Shown piece by piece: positions 12,119-24,537 of a stretch of 64,000 bases of DNA (position 1 is its first letter; each line of letters starts with the position of its first letter). The translations under genes and the position numbers were made by a program. The DNA is from Azolla caroliniana (Eukaryota > Plantae > Polypodiophyta), in contig JBHGNT010000009.1 in NCBI GenBank assembly GCA_043228905.1, positions 18,848,001 through 18,912,000 on the forward strand. The letters run 5' to 3'. Below the pieces are notes generated by a model that was not told the DNA's origin, did no database searches, and was given only the letters and a program-made list of their open reading frames with translations.

Positions 12119-13187
12119 CATTATATACAACAATGAGCCACTTGAATGTGTGGAAAGCTTCAAAAATCTTGGCCTTGAAGTTCCTTCAAATCATAGATGG
12201 AATGAATGTGCTACACGTCGCTTAGAGGTGGGCAAGTGAGCATACTATGCATTTGAGAACACATGCAATCTTGGAGATATTAAGTGTTGGGTCCTCAAGA
12301 AATATGTTTTCGACACTTTGGTGACACCAGTTCTTCTCTATGGGGTGGAAGTATGGGGGCGTAGCATCCCTAAATCTATGTGGAAAGAGTTTGAAAATGT
12401 CCAAAAGCATTTTCTTACCAAGTTTCTACAAGTTAAGAAACAAACGCCCTACACCCTCCTCCTCCTTGAGACGGGATCGCTTCCCATTGAGATCATGGCC
12501 ATGGAAAGGGTTGTTGAATACATGCTTAAGGTTCAAAAAAGTCCCTCACATCGACTTCCTAGAATTGCGTGGGAAGCAAGCAAAAAGATCCAAAAGATGC
12601 ATAAAAGCAAAATTTTGTGTTCCGGTTGGATGCAAGATATAGAAAAATGGTTTGGTAGATGGGATGCGAGACACTTGCTTCATGATGCATCATTAGATTC
12701 CTCTGTAAATGAGGCATTTTTGCAACGCCAATGTATCATGACATGGGACAAATGTGGAGGCTCACACTTCACACATTATACTACACATGTTGCACCTAAC
12801 TACAAAACCATATTCTTTGCGGAACGGGGAAATCGTACACATCCATACATGTTAGAGCCCATACCGTTATCTGCCATTCGAACCATTGCTTCCATGCGAC
12901 TTAGCTCACATGCATTGTGATGTGAAATAGGGCGTTGGGGTACAAGTGATGAGAGTGGTCGGCTATGCACACTTTGCCCTAAACAAGTTCGCGAGTCTGA
13001 GTATCACACTTTGATACAATGCTCTGCCTTTGATCATATTCGACCATGCTTTCCACATCTCTTCGATCGAGCCCAATCTTTGCACGAATTCCTCTCACAA
13101 CCACAATGTGCACTCTCAATTGCAACATTCATTGGTAAAGTTCTTGAACATCGAGAGTCACTACTCACTTTCACATGTATCACATGA
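12119..13187 (+). pseudogene. LINE ORF2 3' part (RT thumb, C-terminal Cys/His region)
   Basis: Removing the copia and one CCATG restores KRDKP-CIIYNNEPLECVESFK; PVLLYGVEVWG; RLSSHAL. Confidence 0.88.
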
Positions 13188-13242
13188 AATGTAATATTTT
13201 TGGTCTCATAGGTCATATTTGACCTCCGAAGACGATAATATA

Positions 13243-13276
<34 letters not shown>

Positions 13277-13281
13277 TTATC
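13243..13281 (+). repeat. (TATC)n LINE 3' tail
   Basis: About 9 TATC units shortly after the ORF2 stop. Confidence 0.75.
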
Positions 13282-13291
13282 TCTCTGTTTG

Positions 13292-13356
<65 letters not shown>

Positions 13357-16118
13357 TATGTTCCGCTGCATTACACCACCAACTCCATTTCTTTACATGG
13401 TATCAGAGCGTGTGGTTGCTTAATCCTCCTCCTCATTTCTTGTGTGGTGCTACACGCCGACGAACAATAGAACCGGCTCATCAACAGAGAAGAAACCACC
13501 ATGAATACTCAGATGGGAAGCGCTCTTCCGACGGAGAAGCTCGACAGAACGAACTTTGCATCTTGGGAATACAAGATGCATGAATACCTTGTCGGGCAAG
13601 GTTACTGGAGCTACATTGAAGGAGCTCAGGAAACGCAACCCAACCCGACACATGCCGATTACCTAGTGTGGGAGTAGGCTGCAAGCCGTGTGTTGTACGA
13701 CCTTGCATCATGCGTACATATCACATGCTTGGCTATATTCGAGAGGCGAAAACGCCCAAAGAAGCATGGGGCAATCTCAAGAAGATCTTCACGGCCAATA
13801 CGGCTGTCCGCAAGCTCCAACTTCGTCAGGAGTTGAATGGCATTCAACGAAGGGACATGTCAATTGGTAGCTGCGCCTTGAAGATCAAGGAGTTGTGCGA
13901 TGCCCTTGGGTCGATCAATGGAGCAAAGAAAGCCTTAGTATTTGCAAACAAAAAGCTACGCCGGTCCAACTGAGAGAGGAACCCCGTAAGCCGTTACGGC
14001 TACAATGAGTACATGGCGTACCATTACGCCTTTATGATGAAGGTAGCGTTAGTACGGGAGCCGGAAACCCTTTCCGAAGCCATAAAGGATCTGCGATGGG
14101 TCGACGCGATGAATGAAGAAATGCAAGCCCTATGCAAAAACGAGACATGGGATCTTGTTCCTCACATTCTGCACAAGAAAGCAATTGGTTGCCAATGGAT
14201 TTACAAAGTAAACCACAATGCTGATGGCTCTATAAATCGCTTCAAAGCATGGCTCGTTGCGAAAGGATACGCACAAACGCACAGAGTTGACTACGAAGAG
14301 ACCTTTGCCTCGGTAACAAAGATGAAAACTGTGTGGACCATAATTGCCATCACGTCAGCAAAAGGGTGGCACCTCCACCAGATGGACGTCAAGAACACCT
14401 TCCTTCAAGGCGAATTGGAAGAGGAGGTGGACATGATCCAACCACCCAGTTTTGAATCGCATAGTCATCCGAACGCCGTGTGTTGACTCAAGAAGCCTCT
14501 CTATGGCCTCAAACAAGCATCACGTGCGTGGCACTCGACTGCGCTAAGAGGGTACTTCGGTACGCTGGAGGTACAATGGATTACGACGTCAAATTAGGTC
14601 AAATACGATAATTCGACTTAAAGGGTACACAAATGTGGACTGGGCAGGTTATAAAGCGGATAGACAGTCAACATTAGTATTCGTTTTCTCCCTTGGCAGC
14701 GGAGCAATCTCATGGAGTAGCAAGAAGCAACTGACAGTCGCACTGTCGAGTACAAAGGCCGAATACGAGGGCGCGGCGGTCGCCGCGTGCGAAGCTGTAT
14801 GGCTCAAGCATATACTGAAGGATCTGGGCGTACCCATGAAGGATCCGATTCATCTATACTGCGACAACATGAGCAGTATCTACCTGGTGTGGAACCCCGT
14901 ATTCCACGCGCGGATTAAGCATGTCAAAGTGCACTACCACTTCATCTGCGAGTGCGTACGTGCCGGAGATATTGATTTACACCTATCAGTACGCACCTCC
15001 AAGTTGCTGACATTTTCACGAAAGCCCTTGGTATCGACAAGCTACGACAGTTCGCGTCGAACCTTGGCTTATCTCTTCCCGACCATCCGAGCTTGAGGGG
15101 GAGTATAGAACAATGAAGCCGAACAAGGAGTACGCAACTGAAAAGCCGAACAATCAAAGTTCGAAGTGTTCCAAAGACTGATCCGAAACAATTTTTTGAT
15201 ATCCGGAAGTTGTGTTCGAAGGGGCTGTTGGGAGACAGGTCCCTCCGGATGGGAAGGGAGAAGAACAGTGTCGACGAACAAACTCGGCTACGGAGTACCC
15301 GGCTACGGAGAGCTGGATGATACAGGCCCGGTGTGAACCGGATGAGGAGTACCCGGCTACGGAGAGCCGGATGATACAGGCCCGGTGTGAACCGGATGAG
15401 GAGTACCCGGCTACGGAAAGCCGGAAAATACAGGCCCGGTGTGAACCGGATGAGTAGTACCCGGCTACGGAGAGCCGGATGGTGCGGAACCAGTATGAAC
15501 CGGAGGAAGAGACATATTCGTAAATATGTTTCTGAGAGCCCATTGTGGCTACATTTGTAAATAGCCGAAAAGTCATATTAGTATAAATATGACTTAGGGC
15601 AAACTTTTAAACGTTGTTGTCATTCTTCCTTGTTGGTGCAGAAGAAGAAGAGAGAGCGCATAACTGTACAGAGAGAGAAAGAGAGAGAACGAGGTCGTTG
15701 CCTCCGTGTACTCACTGTTTTGTACATTCATACATAGTGACAGTTTGCAGCCTGTGCGCTGCCGTGGTTTTTCCCCTAGTTTGGGGTTTTCCACGTTAAC
15801 CTCCTGTGTACCATTTCTCTTCTTTGTGTCGTGTTCTATTTCCCGTTTTCTGTGTATGAAAAGAATCTCGGTTGTGGCAGAGTCTTGTGCATAAGGAACG
15901 ACAAGTTCCCGTCAGGGGCGTGTTGAGAATCGAACTCAACTTCCCATAGAAATAGGTTTCACACTAGCTCATAGACAACCATGCTAGTTTTGTAAATAGT
16001 AGAAAGGGCCCTTGCCCTAGTTTAGTTGGTATTTAAACCAACCCTTTGCAACCTTGTTACTGTTGGAAGTACTATACAGTTTTCTTGTTAAGAGCTCTCC
16101 CTCTCTCTCTCCCTCCCT

Positions 16119-16163
<45 letters not shown>

Positions 16164-16167
16164 TTGT

Positions 16168-16228
<61 letters not shown>

Positions 16229-16269
16229 TATCTTCCGCTACATTACACCACCAGCTCCATTTCTTTACA
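13282..16269 (+). mobile_element. internally deleted Bryco-like copia element
   Basis: Partial 5' LTR to 13397 with (CA)n; PBS 13398-13409; gag fused to the INT tail near 13918; RT/RH fragments; 3' LTR 15921-16269. Confidence 0.85.
15226..15914 (+). mobile_element. solo LTR of the Tork-like family, TSD GGGGC
   Basis: TGTTGG..GTCA; GGGGC at 15221-15225 and 15915-15919; 57-bp tandem U3 repeats; similar to the LTRs of 53909-59416. Confidence 0.93.
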
Positions 16270-16735
16270 AGTACCTTGTCGGACAAGGTTACTAAAGCTA
16301 CATCGAGGGAGCTCACAAAATGCAACCCAACCTGACACAAGCTAACTACCTAGCATGGGATCAGGTCAAGAGCCGTGTGTTGTACTGCCTTGCGTCATGC
16401 GTTCATGACCACATGCTCGGCTATATTCGAGATTCGAAAACATCGAAAGAAGCTTGGGGAAATCTCAAGAAGATTTTTGCGGTCAATACGACTGCACTAA
16501 AGCTCCAACTTCGACAGGAGCTAAACAATATGCAATAGAGGGACATGTCGATCACCGGCTATACCTTGAAGATCAAGGAGCTGTGCGATGCCCTTGATTC
16601 AATTAATGTCGTAATCGATGATGACGAAATGGTGCAAATATGCCTCGGCAGCTTGGCACCTCGATTCGGGACAATCAAATCGGCCATTCTTGTGAAGGAG
16701 AACCCTCCTTCCTTTTTCGACCTTTAATCGATTCT
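16270..16735 (+). pseudogene. Bryco-like gag fragment (host of the neighbouring insertions)
   Basis: YLVGQGY..RVLYCLASCVHDHML..KLQLRQELNN..PPSFFDL. Confidence 0.8.
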
Positions 16736-19700
16736 TGTAAACGATTACTTGCGGAAGCGTTAGAAAAACAGAGAAATTAGGGAATACACAGAGTACCCGG
16801 GAGAGACAGAGAGAGGAGAACCTCGAAGCTATATTCAAAAATATATAAAACACTATACATACAACTATGGTCAGTAGCATTATTTATACAAGTCCTCGTG
16901 GGACTGACAGAAGTACTGTGTACTTCAATGCTCACACGAGCATCTAACACTTACTACGAGACTATAATTGCCTAGTAGTCTACACTAATACTAGGCTTCC
17001 GATTACTAATTGGATCCGGCTAACCGGCTAACCGGCTCCCCAGCTCACCGGCTCTGTTGCTTGCCGGCTCGGTTGCTCATAGCTTACCAATCCGTCTCGC
17101 TTGCCGGCTCAGGCTTATTCAGCCGATCCGGCTCCAGTTGAGCTTGCCGCTCAACATTCCCCCTCAAGCTCAACTTGAGGTTGGATATTAGTGTCAGTCT
17201 CTGTGGCAGTCGGTTCTTCCAACCGACTTCTCCTGGCGTCGCTTCGCCTTGCTCGTGCTCCTCGTCCGGTCCGGTCCTGTTTGCCACGACCCTTTTGGTT
17301 CTGCGCGCCTCGACCTTCTTGGTCGGCATGTTTGCTCAATAGGCCCCTCTTAGCTTCTTCGTTGCTATGACTCCGGTGCTTGCCGATCCGTCGGTTCCTC
17401 CACGATGGCATCGACTTCCGCTGCAGTCGTGTCTGCTTGGCCTTGAATTGATCTGGTTCTTCCGAGTCTGTGTTTTGAACCGAATCGACTGTCTCCGATT
17501 CGTTCTAGCTCTTGTCCGAATTGGTTGCTCCTGATTCGTCTTTTGGTTCCAAGCCCTTCACCACATCGGACCATGTCCGGGTCTTTACCTTCTTCCTTCG
17601 GTCGGCTCTGTCCTTCTTGACTCTGTCGCCCCCTATTCTTCCCTCACTAGCGCAATCGGCAGTCTCTTTGCCTTTGCCCGTTCCGGTGTCTTTGCCCGTT
17701 CTCCCCCTCAAGTGTGGCACGTCGAGATGCTGAACACCAAGCATTTCGGTGAAGTGCTGCAACTTGTCCAATCCGAGTGGTTTGGTGAAGATGTTGGCAA
17801 CTTGCCGATCCGTATGAACATACCGAAGTTCAACCTCACTGCTCAGGACACGCTCATGCACGAAGTGATAGTGCACTTCTATGTGCTTTGTGCGAGCATG
17901 GAATACAGGGTTCTTGGCGAGTTGCATGCTACTTATGTTGTTGCAGTAGACCAGAATTGGGGTCGGTACCTCGATCCATAGGTCTTGTAGCAGTCGCCAA
18001 AGCCAAATGGCTTCACAGGTTGCAATGGTAGCGCCCCGATACTCAGCCTCAGTGCTCGACAGAGCAACTGTTGGCTGCTTTTTGCTGCTCCATGCAACAG
18101 CCACGCTACCTAGGGAAAACATGTACCCGGAGGTTGATTGGCGATCTGATGCGTCGCCGGCCCATTCGGCATCCGTGTAACTGATGAGCTCTTCGGGTAT
18201 ACTGCGCCGGTATAACAGGCCCCGGTCCTTCGTGCCACTGACATACCGCAATATCCTTTGCGCGCACTGAAGGTGCTCCACAGTCGACTTCTGCATGAAC
18301 TGACTTATCATTCCGACTGGATAGCTGATGTCGGGTCGTGTGATAGTCAAGTAAATAAGGCTTCCGAAAATCTGTTGGAACCATTGCTTGTTGCAGGCCG
18401 GTCCGGAGTTGGGACGAAGCTTCTGGTTCCGGTCCAAGGGTGTGGAGACAGGTCAGCATTCTGTCATGTCGAACTTGTACAACATATTCAAGACGTAATG
18501 TCGTTGTGAGAGCAATATGCCGTCCGGGGTTCAGATCACCTCGATCCCTAGAAAATAATGAAGGTCCCCCAGATCTTTCATCTCAAATGTGTCTGACAAC
18601 TGGGACTTGACGCAGTTGATTTCTGGAACTCCTGGTCCGGTGATGACTAGATCATCAACATATAGTAGTATACATACCGGACCAGCTAAGCCTTGCCGAT
18701 GAACAATGAAGAGTCCGATTTGGAGGCCACAAACCCCATCTTACACAACCGGTGCGTGATCTTCGCATTCCAAGCTCGAGGGGCTTGCTTCAGGCCGTAC
18801 AACGACTTCTTCAGCCGGCATACCGCCGACTTGTTCATCTTCGATTCAAAACCGGGGGGCTGAGTCATAAAGACTTCTTCTTCAAGATCACCATGAAGAA
18901 ACGCATTCTTCACATCCATCTGGTGAAGATGCCACCCCCTTGCTTTCGCAACCGCCAGCACCACACAAACCGTCGTCATCTTCGCTACCGGAGCGAAGGT
19001 CTCGTCGTAGTCCATTCCGTGGGTCTGCGCGTATCCCTTTGCCACTAACGAGGCTTTATACCGGGTAATAGAACCGTCGGCGTTTTACTTTACCTTGTAT
19101 ATCCACTTCCATCCGATCGGTTTACAGTGACGAGGAGGGTCAACAAGGTCCCATGTCTTGTTGACATCAAGTGCCTGCATTTCTTCTTCCATAGCGGCAC
19201 GCCAATTTGCGTCCTTGGCCGCTTTTGCGTAGCTCTCTGGCTCACGCAGTTCCGCCACCTTAGTCATGTATGCATAGTGATGCGCCATGTACTCATTGTA
19301 CCTGTACCGCTTGACGGGATCCTTCTGGTGGGTGGACCGACGTAACTCATTGTTACCCGATTTGAGGCCCTTCTTGGCCGGTTCGGTCTTCGTTGCCGAG
19401 GATCCGCCTTTCTCCTTGCCGGGATCGGATGCACACTGATCCGACTCATTGTTGCCGGTTTTGAATTCCGGCCTCTTGTTCTTCCCCTTCTCTTTGCACG
19501 TGAACCGTCTCCTCGGTTCCTTGTGCGGGGAGTGCACGGCAGAGTCTCCACTACTCGCCAGTTCCTCATCGGACTGGTCAGATTGACTCAGTCTCTCGTT
19601 TGGCCCGCTTAACCGGAACGATTCCGGACTCTCATCTTGAGTCCACGCTTCATCATCCTCTACCTGGATCGGATCAGGCTCACTAGCCTCATCCTCCGGC

Positions 19701-22272
19701 ATCGGGTCAGATTCGGAAGTCGGAGTCGGTATGGAGTACCACGATGCCGATTCATCAAACTCGACATCTCGACTAACTCGGACCTGCCTTGTCCGGGGGT
19801 TATAACACTTATAACCCTTTTGCTCTTGAGCATAGACGATTAGGATGCATTTTTCCGATTTTGCATCCAGCTTCCTCCGCTTCTCTTCCAGTACATGCAC
19901 ATATGCAATGCTACCGAAGATCTTAAGGTGTCTGAAATTTGGCTTGCTTCCGAAATACAGTTCGTGAGCTGACACCTTGTCACCGATCCGGTTCTGGATG
20001 TAGACAATTGTTCAGACTGCCTCCGCCCAGTAGAATTTGGGCATGCTCTTCTCCTCCAGCATTGCCCTTGCCGCATCAATAAGCGACCGGTTCTTCCTTT
20101 CGGCAACACCGTTCTGTTGCGGTGTGTATCTGCAGCTGAACTCTCGCCGAATTCCCTTTTGCTGCAAATAACTGTTGAATTGGCTGGAAAAGTATTCTTT
20201 TCCGCCATCCGACCGGATGCATTTGATCTTCCTCTCCGATTCCCGTTCCACCATGCTTTGGAGACTCCGGAAACACACGAAGACTTCACTCTTCCGCTCA
20301 ATGAGGTAGATCCATGTGTGCCGCGTACAGTCATCGATGAAGGAGATGAAATATCGACTCCCGCCAAGACTAACATTCTATGTCGGTACGCACACATCCG
20401 AATGGATAAGGTCGAGCTTGTTACGGCTCCGGTTACATTCGGTGGGGAATGGAAGCTAGTGTTGCTTCCCGAGTTGGCAGGATTCACATACTTGGGCCTT
20501 CCGGCCGCTAAACTTCGGCAAACCGAAAACAACTTGTTTCGTTTGCAGGTCTTGAAGCCTCCAGTAATTGATGTGGCCTCTCCGCTTGTGCCACAGGTCG
20601 ATGTCTGATTCGACCTTCTGTCCTTTTGCAAACAGAGCGGTGCCGACATCATTGGTGTCGAGGATAAACATCCTCCTGTCTCTGCGCCCTTGTGCAATAA
20701 TCTGGCCCTCTTCCTCGATGAAGCACCCGAGGTGCGTAAACCGCACCTGCATCCCTTGGTCGATGATCTGTCTGACCGACACCAGGTTCTTCGTGATCGT
20801 TGGAACGTGTAATACGTTCATCAGCTTCCCCTTCTTTCCGATGTGGCTCAAAGGGACTTCTCCGACGTGCACAATTGGGTGAGGAGTATCGTCTCCGGTT
20901 TCGACTATTCCTAGTTGATCCGGTTTCTCCAAAAAGGAGAACCACTCTTTCTGGTTCGTCATGTGGTTCGACGCACCGGAATCAACATAACACACTTCCT
21001 CCGATTTGGAAGTGGTCTTCTTCATCGAGTTTGCCTCGTGCTTCATCACCAAGGCTGGCCCGTTACCGTTTTTGGATCCTCCCGATCCCTTCGCGTAGTG
21101 CGAGCTTTGTCGGCCATCCTTGCTGGCCTTGCCGGATCAGGATTTGGCTGAATCCGCGTGTTTTCTCCAGCACTCGCTTTCTCTATGGCCCTTTTTGCCA
21201 CAATACCAACATTTCGTTGCAGATTTGTCTTGCCAGCCTCCGGCACTGCCTTGACTCCCCCTGCATGTGGAAGTCCCGGAACTGCTGTCGGCACATTCTC
21301 TGTGCCTTCGTTCTTGCTCTTGCCGGCCGCCTCCATTGCGTGCCGACCCGCCTTGTCCACCACACCCACGGGACCGATCCGCCTCCGTGTACAACATCTG
21401 GCTGTCAGTGGGTGCGCTAGTTGACGCACCGACGTGGTTCTCCTCTACAAGGAGCTTCCACTGTAAGTCGAAAAATGACGGCGTATTCTCCCTTGTACAC
21501 ACCGCCGTTCGGAACACTCTGAACTTAGATGCCAGGCCCCCAAGACAGACCTGTATCATCTCGTCTTCCTTTATGGTAACGTTGATAGAGGCAAGCGAGT
21601 CACAGATCTCTTTGATCCGGGCTGTGTAATCCGCCACCGACATGTCCTTCTGTCGGACATTGCTCAACTCCTGTCGGAGTTGCAGCTTCCGGGTTGTAGT
21701 GCTCGCGGCGAAAACCTTCTTCAGGTTACCCCAAGCCTCCTTCGGCGTCTTCGCATCTCGGATGTGGCTCAACAGCTGGTCTCCGACACTGGACGCGAAG
21801 CAATACATCACTTTTCTCGCCGATTGTTCACACACTAGGAAGTCCTTATGTGCCGCATCAGGTGCTGTTTCGTTGGCTCCTTCGACGAAACTCCAGTACC
21901 CATGCCGAACCAGGTACTAGTGCATCTTATACGACCAAGATGCATAGTTGGATCTGTCGAGTTTCTCCACAGGGAGCAAACCAGCCATTCCTCTATCCAT
22001 CACTTCTCTGTCTGTTGTTCTTACGACCTGGTAGGATTTGCTTTCAAGCGTTTGTCGGCTGCAGAGGTTCTCAACCCTCGCGCTCTGATACCATGTAAAC
22101 GATTACTTGCGGAAGCGTTAGAAAAACAGAGAAATTAGGGAATACACAGAGTACCCGGGAGAGACAGAGAGAGCAGAACCTCAAAGCTATATTCAAAAAT
22201 ATATAAAACACTCTATACATACAACTATGCTCAGTAGCATTATTTATACAAGTCCTCGTGGGACTGACAGAA
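16736..22272 (-). mobile_element. Bryco-like copia element with truncated 5' LTR
   Basis: 3' LTR 16736-17156; 5' LTR 22094-22272 (cut); PBS 22082-22093; PPT 17157-17168. Confidence 0.92.
17505..22000 (-). pseudogene. copia gag-pol with multiple stops and frameshifts
   Basis: [48 protein letters not shown]. Confidence 0.92.
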
Positions 22273-23579
22273 TGTAATGTACGACTATAAACTAAAATAT
22301 CATCCAAGAAAATAACGACAAATTTTCCAAGTTGTTCTCGGAAAATGTCATTCATTTATTGTTGAAATCTAGCCGGAGCATTGGTCAAACCAAAAGGCAT
22401 AACCAAAAACTCATAATGGCCATAGCGCGTACGAAATGTCGTTTTAGGAACATCGTCCTCACTTATACGAATTTGATGGTAGCCAATATGGAGATCAAGT
22501 TTCGTAAAATACCGAGCTCCTTGGAGATGGTCAATTAGATCATCAGCCCGGGGCAATGGATACGAATTCTTGATCGTCACTCTATTCAAGCGTCGGTAAT
22601 TAATACACATATGCCATGTGCCCTCTTTCTTTTTAACCAAGAGAACTGATACACCCCATGGAGATCTACTATAACGTATATAACCCATTCGTAAATAGTC
22701 CTTGAGTTGCTTAGATACCTCATCCTCTTTAGATCGACTTAAGCGATAAGGAGGTATACTTATTGGTGCAACGCCAGGTACAATATCTATATGATGCTCT
22801 ATATTACGTTTAGGAGGTAACCCATCTGGTAGTTCACTCAGAAAAACATCACGAAAATCATTTAAGATTTCATCGAGTTGTTGTTGTTCAAAATATGTTA
22901 ATTGAATCGAGACATTTCGATATTGTAAACGTGAATGTCCGGTTCAAGTACACAATAAAATAGAGTAGAACAAGACAACTCGGATATTAATGGAGAGGAA
23001 ACAATCGAGAGGGATGGTTTTTTTACACATTGAATAAAATGAGTACAATCGTTTAGTACAAATGTTATTGAATGATGAACCCAATCAATAGATAAAGAAG
23101 AGCTTTTATTATAGAACCAAGGATAACCCAATATTACATCGGTGGTACAAAGATTCATTACATGGAAGTCTACTTCCTCTATATAAGTGTCAATAGAAAT
23201 TCCTAATGAATGAATCACCCTGTTGATGTATTGTACTCTTCCATAAGCCAAGTGCACTGTATAGGTGTGATCACTTACAGTGGGTTGGATTCCCCATATC
23301 TGAACTAAACGATCATTCACAAAGTTGTGTGAGCGTCCCGAATCAAACAAAAATTGTATGGGAGATCCATTGATATACCTGTTTGCACGTATTAAATCAT
23401 TGGGACCCAATACATAGTGAGGGAAAGAACATTGACAATTACTTAAATGATGTGTATAGACCTGAAGGACATTAGGAATCTGACCCTTATGGTCTTCAGC
23501 TTTAGCTTTGCTGTCGTGCTCTTTCCGTTGGAGCTTTCGACATTTCTCTTTTGTATGACCCTTCTTTTTGCAGAATATG

Positions 23580-23979
23580 TGTAAAAAGAATAGCATACGG
23601 AAGAAATAGAAAACTAAACACAGAAAATACACAGGTTTAATGGAGAGCTTGAATGTACAAAGTACGCAGGAGAGACAGAGAGAGAACACACAGAACTGAA
23701 TTCAAAATAATACTCAATTTGTACATACACCGTGCTCAGTGAGCACCTTTTATACAAGGGGTGACAATAGGGCTAACACAAGTACTGACAGTACTTGACC
23801 GCTCATAAATGAGCCTACTACACTAACTCCCAAAATTATTCCTTACGAGGAATATCTTCCCAATGGCCTCGCGGTTTTCATACCGATACGACCATGTTAT
23901 GCGTACCGATTTACACACCCAGTCTACGCACTGGGTTACGCATTGTATTACGCACGAATGTTGAGCTTGTCTCTCAACA
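23580..23979 (-). mobile_element. solo LTR (Bryco-like family), TSD ATATG
   Basis: TG..CA; ATATG on both sides; similar to 6422-6813; splits the gypsy zinc knuckle. Confidence 0.93.
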
Positions 23980-24208
23980 ATATGCAAAAAGGATGTTGTC
24001 ACTTATAATCGCGATCCATGAATTCGTTGGATGTCTTGCATTTCCCAGCGAATTGCGACTACTTAGTCCCGGGCATTTCATTGGGTTTGTTGTGGTCCTT
24101 CTTCGAAGTGCGTTGATAGCGAAGAACTATTTCAACGGCCTCTTCGAAGGATTTTGGATCCTTATCGTGCACTATCTAATGATAGTCTGAATTGGGGATG
24201 CCATTGAC

Positions 24209-24537
24209 AAAACATGCTATTAACCAATTGTCCCCTTCTAGACCCGATTTTTGGATTTGGGTTCTAGCATGGTGGACATAGTCTTCTAGTGAAGAAAATT
24301 TCTTGCTAGAGAGGTTCATTAAAGCTTGAGCTGCCTCGGTTCGAGAGGGAGGTTGCAGAAATTGGCCCTTAAAAACATGCTATTAACCAATTGTCCCATT
24401 CTAGACCCGATTTTTGGATTTGGGTTTTAGCATGGTGGACATAGTCTTCTAGCAAAGAAAATTTCTTGCTAGAGAGGTTCATTAAAGCTTGAGCTGCCTC
24501 GGTTCGAGAGGGAGGTTGCAGAAATTGGCCCTTAAAA
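24209..24537. repeat. 163-bp tandem duplication within gypsy gag
   Basis: aaaacatgctattaacc...ggccctt repeated at offset 163. Confidence 0.9.

Larger units (their letters stand above)
2624..13281 (+). mobile_element. non-LTR retrotransposon (RTE-X-like LINE), interrupted by copia 6414-12113; 5' end probably outside the window
   Basis: ORF1 plus APE-RT ORF2 with C-terminal RLSSH..E.GRW..RLC.LC..ESEYH..C region and a (TATC)n tail. Confidence 0.88.

Noticed and set aside
16017-16345. ORFs with SLSL/HTHT/CVCV runs (also near 2950, 13300 and 54190)
   Set aside because: Translations of (CT)n and (CA)n microsatellites in LTRs or UTRs
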